From Felis catus (taxonomy: Eukaryota), in the NCBI RefSeq assembly GCF_018350175.1, contig NC_058368.1:173106001-173170000 (forward strand): DNA of 64,000 bases, read 5' to 3'. Made by a program: the position numbers and the translations under genes. Shown here piece by piece: positions 25,792 to 40,704 of this stretch. Positions within the stretch are counted from its first letter, which is position 1, and every line of letters starts with the position of its first letter. Under the pieces are notes generated by a model, which had not been told where the DNA came from, ran no database searches, and saw only the letters and a program-made list of their open reading frames with translations.

Positions 25792-28700
25792 CAAATCTTT
25801 AGCTGTGACTGTGGATTTGTCTACTTCTCTTTTTGGTTCTGTTATTTTTTGCTTCACGTGTTTGATTTCTGAATATATAATAGGAAAATCTTATTTTCAG
25901 TTAGACACTTTTATCAGTGTCTTATCCTTATCTCTAGTAATACTTATTATTGAAAGTCTACTTTATCTGATATTAATTTAGCTGAGCCACATCTTTTCTG
26001 TGGAAAAATATTTATTTTTCCATCCTGTTGTTTTATGTTCTTTTGAACTTGATGATGTTATATTTAAAGTGTATCTCTGTATAGCATATAGTTGAATTTT
26101 AAAAATCCAGTCTGTTGGGGTCCCCCCGGGTGGCTTAGTCCGTTAGGCATTCAACATCAACTCAGGTCATGATTTCATGGTTTATGAATCTGAACCCTGC
26201 ATTGGGCTCTCTGCTGTCAGTGCAGAGCCCGCTTCGGATCCTGTCTCTCCCTCTGTCTCTGACCTTCCCCTGCTTGCACTCTTTCTCTCAAAAATAAAAT
26301 AAGCATTAAAAAAAAATCTAGGGGTGCCCGAGTGGCTCAGTTAGTTAAGTGTCTGACTGTGGCTCAGGTTGTGATCTCGCAGTTCGTGGGTTCGAGATGG
26401 TCATCGGGTTCTGTGCTGATTGTGCAGAGCCTGATTGGAGTTCTCTTTCTCCATCTCTTTCTGCCCCTTCCCCACGTGCCCCCCCCCCCAAAATAAATAA
26501 AAGTTAAAAAATATTTTTTTAAATCTAGTCTATCTTTTTCTTTTAGAGTGTTTAGTCCATTTTCATTTAATTTAGTTACTGATATAGTGAGGTTGTTTTT
26601 ACCATTTAATTATTTGTTTTCTATTCACTCCATCTGTTCTTTGTTCCTTTATTCTCTTGTTTTTTTTTTTTTTTGCCTTTTCTTGGATTGAACAATATAT
26701 ATTAAAATTTTTTTTCAAGTTTATTTGTTTATTTTGAGAGCGAGAGAGAGAGAGAGCGAGCACAAGCTGGGGAGGGACAGAGAAAGAGGGAGAGAGAAAA
26801 TCCCAAGCAGGCTCTGTGCTGTCAGCACAGAGGCCCACTCGAGGCTCATTTCCACAAACCATGGAATCATGATCTGAGCTGAAATCAAGAGTTGGCCGCT
26901 TAACTGACTGAAACACCCAGGTGCCCTATTCAGCAATATTTACTATCATTTTTATCCTTTGTTTTTTATTGTTATTTAACTATTTAGATATTTGATCATG
27001 ATATGACTATTCTTTTAGTAGTTGCTCTAGAGATTATAATATGCATCCTTAACTCCTCGCAGTTACAATACAAAATTAGCATTTTCCACACTTCCTGAAA
27101 ATGCTAGAACTTTAAAATTGTGTCACTCTAGGTGCACCTGGGTCGCTCATTCAGTTAAGCATCCGACTTCGGCTCAGGTCATGATCTCATGGTTCCTGAG
27201 CTCAAGCCCCGTGTTGGACTCTATCCTGACAGCTCAGAGCCTGGAGCCTGCTTCGGATTCTATGTCTCTTTTTCTCTCTCTGCCCCTCCCCTGCTCATGC
27301 TGTGTCTCTCTGTCTCAAAAATAAACATTAAAAAAAAAAGTCATTTAACACTTACTGCTTTCTTGTTATTGTTGTCAATTTATTTCAATGCATTGTTTTA
27401 AATCCACAAGATGTTATTTTTGTTGTTGTTTTAAATTGAAAGTTTTTATTTATATTTACCAACTTAGCCACCCTTTGAGGTGTCCTTCATTCTGTTTTGC
27501 AGTTTCATGTTTCCATCTGGCTCATTTTACCTTCAGACTAAAAATATCCATTTAGTATTTCTTATAGTGCTGGTCTGCTCATGATGAATTCTCTCAGCTT
27601 TTTTTTTTTAATTTTATTTTAATGTTTATTTGTTTTTGAGAGACAGAGCATGAGCAGAAGAGGGACACAGAAAGAGGGAGATACAGAATCTGAAGCAGGC
27701 TCCAGGCTCTGAGCTGTTAGCACAGAGCCATATGCGGGGCTCAGCCTTGAGATCATGACCTGACATAAAGTCAAATGCTTAACTAACTGAGCCACCCAGG
27801 CACCCTCTCAGTTTTTGATTGTCAGAAAATGTCCTGTTTTGCCTTCATGGAATTTTTTTTTTTTTTATTCTGGTAAAATAGAAGTGCCTGTGTGATTCAG
27901 TTGGTTGATCATCTGATTCTTGATTTCTGCTCAGGTCATGATCTCAGGACCAAGGGATCAAGCCCCACATCGGGCTCCCAGCTGAACATAGAGCATGCTT
28001 AGGATTGTCTCCTCTCCTTCTGCCCCTCTCCCCACTTCTCTTTCTTTTTCTCTCTCTCTAAAATAAAAAATAATTAAAAATAAATTAAAAAAATAAAATG
28101 CTGGTGAAATATAAATAATGAAATTTAACAACGTAACCATTTTTAAGCGTATGGTTCAGTGGCATTCGGTAATTTGCATTATTGTGCAACCATCACCAGG
28201 GCCTGTCTCCAGAAAGTTTTCATCTTCCTGAACTGAAACTCTGTACCCATTTAATGGTAACTCTCCATTCTCCACTCCCCTTAGCCCTTGATAACTACTA
28301 TTCTACTTTCTGTCTTTATGAATTTAATTATTCTAGGTACTTCTTATAAGTGGAATCAGAATATTTGTCCTTCTGTGTTAGGCTTATTGCACTTAGCATA
28401 ATGTTTTTAACATTCATCCAAAGTGTATTATGTATCAGAATTTACTTGTTTCATAATGTTGAATAAAATTCCATTGTGTGTATATATATGCATACAAATG
28501 TATATGTATACATACCACATTTTGTTTACCCATTCATTCATCACTCAATGGATACTGGATTGCTTCCACCTTTTGGCTATTGTGAATAATGCTGCTATGA
28601 ACACTGGTGTTCAAATATCTGTTCGAATCCCTGCTTTCACTCCTTTGGTTATATACCTAGAAATGGAATTGCTGAATCATATGTATATTCTATGTTTAAC

Positions 28701-31700
28701 TTTTTGAGGAATTGTCATACTTTTTAATGTTTTACAGCAGCTATACCAATTTACATTCCTACCAGCAACACATGAGGGTTCCAGTTTTTCTATATCATTG
28801 CCAAACTTGTTATTTTCCATTTCCTGTTTTTAAAAATGTTTATTTATTTTTGAGACAGAGAGAGACAGAGCATGAATGGGGGAGGAGCAGAGAGAGAGGG
28901 AGACACAGAATCCAAAGCAGGCTGCAGGCTCTGAGCTATCAGCACAGAGCCCAATGCAGGGCTCAAACCCACGAACCGTGAGATCATGACCTGAGCCAAA
29001 GTCGGAGACTTAACCAACTGAGCCACCTAGGCGCTCCTCCAATTCCTTTTGATAGGTTCATGACCTTTATTTACATACTTCTTTGCTTTCTGGCATAACA
29101 AGATGCTTCAGGCTCATCTCATACTTAATCTGCCCCATCCATGTAATGAAATGGAATCAGTCATTTCTCCAAAGAATCCTGGATCATTTTAGTGGAGAAT
29201 GATACTTAGAAACCATAGGCTAGGCTCTAGGTATGCTCATTGCCATTGGGGAGTTGCTGCTCTCGGGACCTCTCAGTAGACACAGCTACGGCACCCATTC
29301 TGGATCGACTTTTCTTGCCCTATTCAGACCCTGACATCCCCAGATAGGCTACCCCTCCATGGAGAAATCTTTCTTACTCCATTCAGGCTCTGACTTCTCA
29401 AACTGGGCTGGCTTCCTATGCAGATAACCTCCTTTTCATGCACAGGCTTTGATATTCTGTGCCAGGCTGCTGGTCTGCAGGATGTTCTTTTTATCCTACA
29501 TGTATACTACTCTCCACTCTTGGCAACTCTCCTACATGGATGTTCTCCTTACCCATTTGGACTCCATTATTATTATTTTTTTAATATTTATTTATATTGA
29601 GAGAGAGAGAGAGAGAGAGAGTGCAAGTGGGGGAGGAGTGAAGGAAGAGAATCCCAAGCAGGCTCTGCATGGTCATCACAGAGCCTAATGCAGGGCTCAG
29701 TCCCACAAACCATGAGATCTTGACCTGAGCCGAAAGCAAAAGTCGAATGTTTAACCAACTGAGCCACCCATGTGCCCCTGAACCTCAGATTTTTATTACT
29801 CTGCCCATTAATTGATCTTTCGTTCCAATATATATATTTTTAATTTTGATCCTTTTGATATCACCCTACAAATCTTTGGAAACTTATTTGTTTTCTGGCA
29901 CAAATAAGATAGTCTAGGCTCATCTTGTTTTTACATACCAGAACTTGATTCAGCCATTCCTCTAAGAAGCCCTGTGTTCTTTGTTTGTTCATTTTTAGTG
30001 GGGAATGATGTTAGACATTACAATCTGGATGATAGAAAACCCTTTGTTAATGGGGAGACATTGCTGCTAGTCCATTTTGGTGGATGGAATTTAAAAATAA
30101 ACATTAGGGGCGCCTGGGTGGCTCGGTCGGTTAAGCGGCTGACTTCGGCCCAGGTCATGATCTCGCAGTCCATGAGTTCGAGCCCCGCATCGGGCTCTGT
30201 GCTGACAGCTCAGAGCCTGGAGCCTGTTTCAGATTCTGTGTCTCCCTCTCTCTGACCCTCCCTCGTTCATGCTTTGTCTCTCTCTGTCTCAAAAATAAAT
30301 AAACGTTAAAAAAAAAAACATTAAAATAATTAGTTCATATTGGTGTTTTCCATTCAAGTTTAACATCAGGGTGTTTTCATTTCATTTCCTTGATTTCAAA
30401 AAATTTTTTTTAATATTTATGTATTTTTGAGAGACAGAGAGAGACACACGCTTAACCAACTGAGCCACCCAGGTGCCCCTCATTCCCTTAGTTTCAAATT
30501 ATATATATGTCTTTTATTGAAAATCTTGATTCCTAATATCATTAACATAATTATTTCTTTGCTTTAATGTATACTATAAAACAAAGTCTAAAATATTAAA
30601 TCTGAAATTACTACAGATAATAAAAATGCTGATAAAAGTTTGAAATTTCTTTAGAGATCTTTTTGTTCTTGGATTGTGTCCCACTTAGGATGTGTAGTCA
30701 AATACTGTAGTCAAAAGGACTTTTTCTAAAGTCCTTTTCTTTAGGTGGTTACCAATTTGATACTCAGTTTGATTAACTTATTTCTATTTAAAAAAAAATG
30801 TTTATGTATTTATTTTTGAGAGAGAGAAGGGCACAGAGAGAGGGAGACAGAGAATCCCAAGCAGGCTTCTCACTGTCAGTGCAGAGCCTGATGCGGGGCT
30901 TGAACCCATGAACTGTGAGATCATGACGTGAGCCATAATCAAGAGTCAGACACTTAACTGATTGAGCCAGTCAGCCACCCCCTGGTTAACTTATTCCTAT
31001 TTTATTTTCAATTTAAGGAATTTTTAAATTAAAAAAAAATTTTAATGTTTATTTTTGAGAGAGAGAGAGACAGAGCACAAGCATGAGAGGGGCAGAGAGA
31101 GAGGGAGACACAGAATCCAAAGCAGGCTCCCCACTCAGCTATCAACACAGAGCCAGATGCAAGGCTCTGTGAAGTCGGATGCCTAACTGACTGAGCCACC
31201 AAGGTGCCCCTCAATTTAAGGAACTTAAAAAAAATGTTTAGTTTTGAGAGAAAAAGAGCAAGTGGGGGAGGGGCAGAGAAAGAGACAGAGGATCTAGAGT
31301 GAACTGTGAGATCATGACCCAAGCCAAAGTTGGATGCTCAACTGACTGAGCCACCCAAGCACCCTCAATTTAAGGAATTTTTAAAAATTAGTTTTTGTTT
31401 TTTGTTTTTTTTTGTTTTTTGTTTTGGCTAGGAGAAGCATAAACATAAACCAAAGTTCAAAACTGCCTTTTGCCCATTCCTGCCTCCTTGCTACCTCTTT
31501 TTCCTTTATTCTGTAAAAGTAATCATTTTTATTCATTTATCCTTTTATCATTTCCTTTTGCAAATCCAAGCAAATACATATTCTAACTCCCTCCTACATT
31601 CTCTTATGTATATAATATATACATTTGATCTTTTAAAAAAAATTTATTAAGGCATAATTTACATACCATAAAATTTTTGTATTTAAAGGGTATGCTTCAG

Positions 31701-31950
31701 TGATTGTTAGTCTATTTATAGGGTTGTGTGACCCTACCCACAATGTAATTTTAGAACATTGCCATCACACCAGAAAGAAACTTTATGCACTTTTGCATCA
31801 TTCCCATTCCTATCTCTAGGTAACCATTAATGTGTTTTGTGTCTCTTTTGATTTGTATTTGGTCTTTTTTTCTTATATATATAAGTATATACTGGGAGAC
31901 CCCTATGCATATCTATAGCGATCTTCCTCAGTTTTAAAAACAACGTAAAC
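24840..31950 (-). mobile_element. Mosaic of old L1M fragments and more than a dozen Can-SINEs
   Basis: L1 3'-end motifs at 28100-28820 and repeated SINE heads/tails throughout. Confidence 0.65.
25745..25789 (+). repeat. (GT)n microsatellite
   Basis: Seen directly. Confidence 0.95.
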
Positions 31951-31992
31951 TTGTTTTACTCATTTAAGTACATTTAAAATTTTTTTTATTTA

Positions 31993-32465
31993 CAGTAAAA
32001 CCTTGCTTTGTGAGCATAATCCATTTCAGAAACATGCTTATAATCCAAAGCACTTGTATATCAAAGCAAATTTTCCCATAAGAAATAATGCAAGCTCAGA
32101 TGATTCATTCCACAACCAAAAAATATTCACATAAAAATGATTACAATACTGCAATGTAATACAAAATAATGAAGAAAATACAAAATGTAAAGGAAAATAA
32201 ATTAGCCTACACTGACCTTTGAAAACCTTCGTGGCTGATATGACAGAGACAAGAGAGAGGGGTTATTGTGTAGGACAACTTCTACTGTCACTAATGGAAT
32301 CACTGCTGTCTGTTGGCTCAATGGAATCCTTTTCTGCATGGAGCCATTGTATATGCTCACATGGGTGTTGACTATGGTATTAATAAACTCTTGTCATATA
32401 CTGTATTTAATGTAACTTGGCAATAAGGCAGCAGAGGAAGGGGTCTATAGCTGCAGGTAGCCTGA
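31993..32465 (-). mobile_element. Shorter, truncated derivative of the same Tigger-type element
   Basis: Starts TA|CAGTAAAACCTTG and is colinear with 57287-57620 then 57995-58115. Confidence 0.85.
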
Positions 32466-32662
32466 TCCATGAGATCATGACCTGAGCCAAAGTCAAGAGT
32501 CAAATGCTCAACACACTGAACCACCCAGGTGCCCCTTTTTAAAGTTCATTTTTATTGAAGTATGATATACATATAGAAAAGTACACAAATGATAATTTGG
32601 TTAATTTTCATAGAGAGAATGCTCTGGTATAACCAGAACCAAGATCAAGAAATGTAACATTC

Positions 32663-33315
32663 TGGGAATGCAAGCTGGTGCAGCCACTCTGGAAAACAGT
32701 ATGGAGGTTCCTCAAAAAACTAAAAATAGAACTACCCTACGACCCAGCCGTTGCACTACTAGGCATTTATCCACGGGATACAGGTGTGCTGTTTTGAAGG
32801 GACACATGCACCCCCATGTTTATAGCAGCACTATCAACAATAGCCAACGTATGGAAAGAGCCCAAATGTCCCTTGATGGATGAATGGATAAAGAAGATGT
32901 GGTATATGTATATACAATGGAGTATTACTCGGCAATCAAAAAGAATGAAATCTTGCCATTTGCTACAATGTGGATGGAACTGGAGGGTATTATGCTAAGT
33001 GAAATTAGTCAGAGAAAGACAAAAATCACATGACTTCATTCATATGAGGACTTTAAGAGATAAAACAGATGCACATAAGGGAAGGGAAACAAAAATAATA
33101 TAAAAACAGGGAGGGGGACAAAACAGAAGAGGCTCATAAATATGGAGAACAAACTGAGGGTTACTGGAGGGGTTGTGGGGGGGGGACGGGCTAAATGGAT
33201 AAGGGGCACTAAGGAATCTACTCCTGAAATCATTGTTGCACTATATGCTAACTAATTTGGATGTAAATTAAAAAAAATAAAAAATAAAAAGTAAAAAAAA
33301 TACATCAAAAAGAAA
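32663..33315 (+). mobile_element. 5'-truncated young felid L1
   Basis: Same 3' UTR as the 48-49 kb copy, an A-rich tail, and an imperfect AAATGTAA duplication. Confidence 0.9.
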
Positions 33316-35229
33316 AAAAAATGTAATGTTTGTTACCAGCACCAAAATAGTCCTTCTTGTGCCACCCTTCTGTGACTACCACCACCACCTACCCTAGGAT
33401 AGTGACTCTCCTGATTTCTAACATCATAGATTAATTTTACCTGTTTTTGAACTTTATGTAAATGGAACCATACAGTATATTTGTATGTGTTTATGTGTGG
33501 GTGTGTGTCTTCTTTTTCTTCCCTAATAGTTGTGAGACTAATCAATAGTATTGCATGTAGTTGTAGTTTGTCCATTCTTATTACTACATAGTATTCTATA
33601 GTAAATATTCCACAAATAATTTACCCATTGTACCACAGATGGGTATTTGATTTATTTCTAGCTTTTGGCTATTATGTAAACTGCTGCTATCAATATTGTT
33701 GTATGTGTCTTTTGATGTACTTTTGTACTCATTTCAGATGTATATTCACCTAGGAGTGGAATCACTGGTTTGTATGGCAAGCATATGTTCAGCTTCAGTA
33801 GAAACTACCAATTTCCCAAAGTAGTTCTACCAATTTGTACTTTTATCAGCAGTTGTTCTGTATCCTAACCAACAGTTGATGTTGTCTGTGTTTTTCATTT
33901 TAGCGTTGATGGTGGGTATGTAATAAAATTATCTGTGGTTATACATAATAACTAATGCAGCTGACTACCCTTTCATGGGTTTATTTGCCATTTGGTTTCC
34001 TGTTTTGTGCAGTGCATGTTTAATTCTTTTGTCCATTTTTCATTAAAAATTTTTTTAATGTTTATTTATTTTAATGTTTATTCATTCTTGAGAGATCGAG
34101 AGACAGAGAGACAGAACATGAGGGGCAGAGAGAGAGAGAAGACACAGAATCCAAAGCAGGTTCCAGGTTCTGAGCTGCCAGCACAGAGCCCAATGCGGGG
34201 CTTGAACCACCAACTGTGAGATCACGACCTAAGCCGAAGTCGGATGACCAACAGACTGAGCCACCCAGGCTCCCCCTTTTGTCCATTTGTCTATTGGATT
34301 GTCTGCCTCCTTATTCCTCCCAAGAAAAGGACACTGGATACAAATCCTTTGTTGATATATGTATTCATATGAATACACTAAAATATCCTTTCCCAGTCTC
34401 TGCTTGACTTTTCACTCTTCTATCATATATTTCGATGAACAGAAATTCTTAATTTTAACATAGTCCATTTTTCTTTTTTTTTTTTTAATGACTAGTGCTT
34501 TCGGTCCTGTTTAAGGAATATTTGCATACTCTAATGTTTTGGAGAGATTCTCTTATGTTATTTTCTAAAACTTACTGTTTAACAAACTTTCACAGATTAG
34601 TAACAACTTAGAAATGATTTTTGGGTATGGTGTCAGGTACGGATGAAGATCCATTTTTTTCCCCATGTGGACATTAATTTGATCCTGCATCATTTATTGA
34701 AAAAAGATCAGCCTTTCCCCACTGCACTAAGGTACCAACTTTGTCACATATCAGGTGTCCGTGTATGTGTGGGTTTGTTTCTGGATTCTCTATTCTGTAT
34801 CAATATTCTGCTTGCCGGGGCACCTGGGTGGCTGAGTTGGTTAAGTGGCTGACTTTGGCTCAGGTCATGGTCTCATGGTTTGTGAGTTCAAGCCCCACAT
34901 CAGGCTCTGTGCTGACAGCTCTGAGCCTGGAGCTTGCTTTGGATTCTGTGTCTCCCTCTCTCTTTGCCCCTCTCCCACTCATGCTCTCTCTCTCAAAATA
35001 ATAAACATTAAAAAAAATATTCTGCTTGCCTACATTTGTACCGGAACCATGCTGTCTTCCATGGGTTTATTTGCCCATATAAAGCTATACTATAGCTTTA
35101 TAATACATCTCGAGGTCTGGTAGCATATTTCCTAAAACTTTGTTTTTCTTGTTATTCAAGATTGCCTTGGCAATAATATACCATATAAATTTAGAATCAG
35201 CTTGACAATAACCTTAGACAAGGACTTGT

Positions 35230-35366
35230 TATTATATATAGACATATATATATACACATATACATAGATGTATATATATATATATATACACATAAACATG
35301 TGTATATATATGTGTATATATATGTGTGTACATATGTGTGTATATATATATATATAATATATATAT
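35230..35366 (+). repeat. Compound (TA)/(CA)/(TG) microsatellite
   Basis: Seen directly. Confidence 0.9.
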
Positions 35367-35789
35367 TTACCATTTGGCATAGTGGCAGAGTAAGCTCAGT
35401 AAATATTTGTTGAGTAAATGAAGGAACTAGAATGTAATCATTGAAATATAAGCACTAGGAAGGTAAGGGAATTTTGACTCTTAATTGTTGTGTATTAATA
35501 GCATTAACAGAAGGCAAAGGAGAAGAGACTCTTGAATACAGAGAGCAAACTGAGGGTTGATGGGGGTGGGGAGCTTGGGGGGGGGTAGGGAAAATGGGTG
35601 ATGGGCTTTGAGGAGGGCACTTATTGGAATGAGCACTGGGTTTTGTATGTAAGTGGTGAATCACAGGAATCTCCTGAAGCTAAGACTACACTGTATATTA
35701 GCTAACTTGACAATTAAAAAACCAAAAACAGAGTTAAGAAATATATCAGGTATATAGGTTTTGAGGAGAAGATGATGAATTTGTGGGAG

Positions 35790-37600
35790 TTTTTCCATTT
35801 TTTAATTGTGAAATACACATAACATAAAATTTACTATCTTAACCACTTTTTATAAGTTTATTTATTTTGAGAGAAGGAGAGAGTGTGTGTGTGAGTGGTG
35901 GAGGGACAGAGAGAGAGGGAGAGAGAGAATCCCAAGCAGGCTCTGCACTGATAACAATGTGGGGCTTGATCTCATGGTCCTCAAGATTATGACCTGAGCT
36001 GAGACCAAGAGTTGGATGCTCAACAGACTGAGCCACCCAGGTACCCCATTATCTTGACTATTAAAACAAAAAAAATATTTTTAATGTTTATTTATTTTTG
36101 AGAGACAGAGAAAGACAGAGCATGAGTGGGGAGGGGCAGAGAGAGATGCAGACACAGAATCTGAATCAGACTCCAGGCTCTGAGCTGTCAGCACAGAGCC
36201 CAATGCAGGGCACAAACTGGGAGATCATTACCTGAGCTGAAGTCAGATGCTTAACCAACTGAGCCACCCAGGTACCCCATATCTTAACCATTTTAAGTGT
36301 CCAGTGGTATTAAATACATTCATATTGCTGTGCAATCATCATCTCCAGAGCTTTCTTCGTCTTGTCAAATTGAAACCCTCTACCCATTAAAAAATAACTC
36401 CCCATTCCTCCCTTCTTCCAGCCCCTGGAAACCACCATTATACTTTCTGTCTGTATGATTTTGATAACTTGGAGTACCTTTTATAAAAGGAATCATATAG
36501 TGATTGTATTTTTGTGACTGGCTTATTCCATTTAGCATAATGTCCTCAAGGACCATCCGTCTTGTAGCATATTGGAGAATTTCCTTCTTTTTCAAGGCTG
36601 AGTGATATTTCATTGTATGTTTATACCACATTATGCTTATCTATTCATCTATCAGTGGACACATGGGTTGCTTCCTTGTTTTAGCTGTTGTGAATAATGC
36701 TGCTATGAACATGGATTTACAAATATTTTTTGAGGTTCTGCTTTCATTGCTTATGAGTATATAACCAGAGGTGGAATTACTGGATCATGTGGTAATTCTA
36801 TTTTTAACTCTTTGAGGAACCTCCAAAATGTTTTCCACAGTGACTACACCATTTTACATTCCTACCAACAATGCACAAGTGTTCCATTTTCTCCACATCC
36901 TTGACAACACTTGTTATTTCTTGTCTTTTTGATAATAGCCATTCTAACAGATATGAGGTGATTTCTCAGTGTGGTTTTGATTTGTATTTCCCTGATGATT
37001 AGTGATATTGAGCACCTCTTCATGAGTGTGTCAACTATTTGTATGTCTTTTTTGGAAAAATGTCCATTCAGATATTCCGCTCATTTTTAAATAAGATTAT
37101 TTGCTTCTTTTCTACTGAATTATATGAGTTCTTTATATATGTTGGATATTATGAGTCCCTGCTTTTTAAAAATTTTTTAAAAAATGTTTTTATTTTATTT
37201 TTGAGACAGAGAGAGAGAGAGAAAGAGAGAGCATGAGCAGGGGAGGGGCAGAGAGAGAGGGAGACACAAAATCCAAAGCAGGCTCCAGGCTCTGAGCTGT
37301 CAGCACAGAGCCCAACCCAGGGCTCAAACTCACAAACTGTGAGATCATGATCTGAACCAAAGTCAGACACTTAACTGACTGAGCCACCCAGGCACCCCAA
37401 TGAGTCCCTGCTTTTAATTCTTTTGGGTGTATACCAAGGAGCAGAATTGCTGGATTATCTGGTAATTTTGTGTTTCTCTCTGAGGGACTACCAAGCTGTT
37501 TTCCACAGTGGCTACACCATTTTACATTCCCACTAGCAATGTAATACAGTTCTGATTTCTCTACATCCTGAACACTTTTTATTTTCCATTTTTTAAAAAG

Positions 37601-37639
<39 letters not shown>

Positions 37640-38204
37640 TTGAGAGAGAGCGTGAGCAGGGAAGGGCAGAGAGAGAGGGAGAGAGAGAGAACCCCAAGCA
37701 GGCTCTGCACTGTCAGTGTAAAGTCCAATGGGGGGCTTGAACTCATGAATTGTGAGATTATGAGGAGTGAAATCAGGAGTCAGATGTTTAACTGACTAAG
37801 CCACCCAGGTGCCCCTCCACTTTTTTAATAACAATTATCCTAATATATGTGAAGTGGTATTTCATTGTGGTTTTGGTTTGACTAATATTGTTGAGCATCT
37901 TTTTATGCACATATTAAATGTTTATTTTGAGAGGGAGAAAGTGTGGGGGAGGAGCAGAGAGATTGGGAGAGAGAATCCCAAGCAGGCTCGGTGCTGCCAG
38001 CACAGGGCCTAGCACATGGCTTGATCCCATGAACCATAAGGTCATGACCTGAGCCAAAATCAAGAGTCAGATGTTCAATTGAGACACTCAGGGCACCCCT
38101 TATATGCATATTAGACATTTGCATATCATCTTTGGAGAAATGCCTATTTAAGACCTTTTGTTTGAATTGGGTTGTTTGTGTTTTGTTGTTGTTGAGATAT
38201 AAAG

Positions 38205-38239
<35 letters not shown>

Positions 38240-38530
38240 TTCAACGTTTATTTATTTTTGGGACAGAGAGAGACAGAGCATGAACGGGGGAGGGGCAGAG
38301 AGAGAGGGAGACACAGAATCGGAAAGAGGCTCCAGGCTCTGAGCCATCAGCCCAGAGCCCGACACGGGGCTCGCACTCACGGACCTCGAGATCGTGACCT
38401 GGCTGAAGTCGGACGCTTAACCGACTGCGCCACCCAGGCGCCCCGAGATATAAAGTTTTTAAAAATATATTTTCTGGACCTTAATCTCTTATTAGATATA
38501 TGGTTTGCAAGAATTTTCTCCCGTTCTTTG
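35790..38530 (-). mobile_element. Old L1M-type 3' fragments interleaved with at least six SINEs
   Basis: ORF 36380..36631 (MWYKHTMKYHSALKKKEIL) is typical L1 3' sequence. Confidence 0.75.
38207..38444 (-). mobile_element. Young SINEC_Fc-type SINE with (ATTT)n tail
   Basis: GAGATATAAAGTT duplication. Confidence 0.95.
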
Positions 38531-40081
38531 GGTTGTCTTACTCAAATTGTCTTATTTCTTTCTGAGCCAGTTTTCGTAGTTTGTGTCTCTCTAGGAATTT
38601 GTCCATGCCAAATAATTTATCAAAATTTTGGCCTACAATTGTTCATAGTTTTCTTTTGTAATCCTTTTCATTTCTGCAAGGTCAATAGTATTGTTCCATC
38701 TTTCATTTCTGATTCTAGTAATTTACCTCTGTTTTTATCTTGATCAGTCTTATTAAATATTTGTCAATTGTGTAGATCTTTTCAAAGAACCAGCAGTTAA
38801 TATCATTGATTTTCTCTGCTGTTTTTATATTCTCAATTTATTATTTTCCGCTTTATTCATTATTATTCCTTCCTTCTGCTTGCATTAGGTTGTTTAGTGT
38901 GCTCTTCCCTTGCCAGTGTGTTAAGGTGGAACGTTAGGTTATTGGTTTGTGATCTCTCTCCTTTATGTATATATGTGTGCATGTATGTATGTATGCATAT
39001 AGGTATGTATGTAATCTCTACACCTAACCTAGGGCTTGAACTCACAACCCCGAGATCAAGGGTTGCATTCCCTTCCAACTGAGCCAGCCATGTGCCCTCT
39101 TTCCTTTCTTAGTAATAGCATTATAGCTATGAATACCCTTCTAACTACTGTGTTAGCTACATTTTATAAATTTGGATACGTTGTGCCTTGATTTTGAGTC
39201 ATCTCAAAGCATTTTATGATTTCCCTTTATTTTTAAGTTTATTTATTTATTTTGAGGGAGAAAGAGAGTGTGAGCAGGGGAGGGGCAAAGAGAGAGGGAG
39301 AGAGACAATCTGCGCTGGCAGCATTGAGCCTGATGTGGGGCCTGATCCCACAAGCCTCAAGACCGTGACCCGAGCTGAAAGCAAGAGTCAGATGTTTAAC
39401 CAACTGAGCTACCCAGAGCCCTTTTTTTTAAATGAATATAATTTATTGTCAAATTGGCTTACAACACCCAGTGCTCATCCCAACTAGGGCCCTTTTTTGA
39501 TTTCCCTTTTAATTTCTTCTTTCACTTTTTGATGGTTTGGAAATACATTGTTTAAATTCTATGTATTTGTATGTCTCCCCAATATTTTTCTGCTGTTGAT
39601 TTCTAATTTTTTCCATTATGGTAGAAAATATACCTTGAATTATTTTTATCTTTTTAAATTTTTTGAGATTTGTTTTATGGTCTATCATAAGATTTCTCCT
39701 AGAGAATGTCCCATGTTGTCTTGAGAAGAATGTATATTCTGTTGTTGGGTGGAGTGTTTTATAGTCGTCTGTTAGACCTAGTTGCCTTATAATGTTTTTC
39801 AAGTTTTCTTTTCCTCACTGATCATCTGTTTAGTTGTTTTATCCATTATTGAAAGAAGGGTATTAGATTCTCCAAATTTTATTGTTGAGATGTCTATTTT
39901 TCCTTTCATTTCTGTCAGCTTTTGCCACATATATTTTATGTCTGTTATTTAGATGCATGATGTTTGTAACTGTTATATCTTCTGATGTATTGATCTTTTT
40001 TTACCATTATAAAATATCCTTCTTTGTCTCTAGTAGCCTTTTTGTTTTAGTCTATTTTGTATGATATCATTCGAGCCATTT

Positions 40082-40172
40082 CAGTTTTCTTATGGCTGCT
40101 GATATCTTTTTACAGTTTTCTTATGCTTCATGATATCTTTTCAGTTTTCTTATGCTGCATGATATCTTTTTA
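40082..40172 (+). repeat. Three tandem copies of a ~30-bp unit
   Basis: CAGTTTTCTTATG...TGATATCTTTT starting at 40082, 40113 and 40142. Confidence 0.9.
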
Positions 40173-40662
40173 CATCCTTTAGTTTCAGTTTAATTTTATA
40201 TTTGAAATAGTGTGTAGAGTCAGCATATCGTTGGATGTTTTGTATCCAGTCTGACAATCTCTGACTTTTGATTAGAGTATTTAGCCCATTCTCATATAAT
40301 ATTATTGATGCATCTAGATTTACACTTGTCATTTCCTTTTTTTTGGAGTTTATTTATTTTGAGAGAGAGAGAGAGAGAGAATGAGAGGGAACGCATCTGA
40401 GTGGGGGCAGGGCAGAGAGAGGGGAGAGAGAATCCCAAGCAGGCTCTATGCTGAGATTGACGTGGGGCTTGATCTCATGACCTCGAGATCACGATTTGAG
40501 CTTATATAAAGAGTTGGACGCTTAACCAAATGAGCCACTGAGGCACCCCTACCAATTCTTTTTTCATGTAGTTTCACATTATCATCTGTAGTTATTTGCT
40601 TTTACCCTTAACAACTTTCTTTAATATTTCCTGTGAGGTGGGTCTGCTAGTAACAGTTCTGT

Positions 40663-40704
<42 letters not shown>

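Noticed and set aside
38132..38743. 203-aa ORF and the many similar ORFs containing GQRETEHERGRGRERGRHR or AQVMISQFVSSSP
   Set aside because: These are translations of Can-SINE consensus. The same peptides recur at every SINE.
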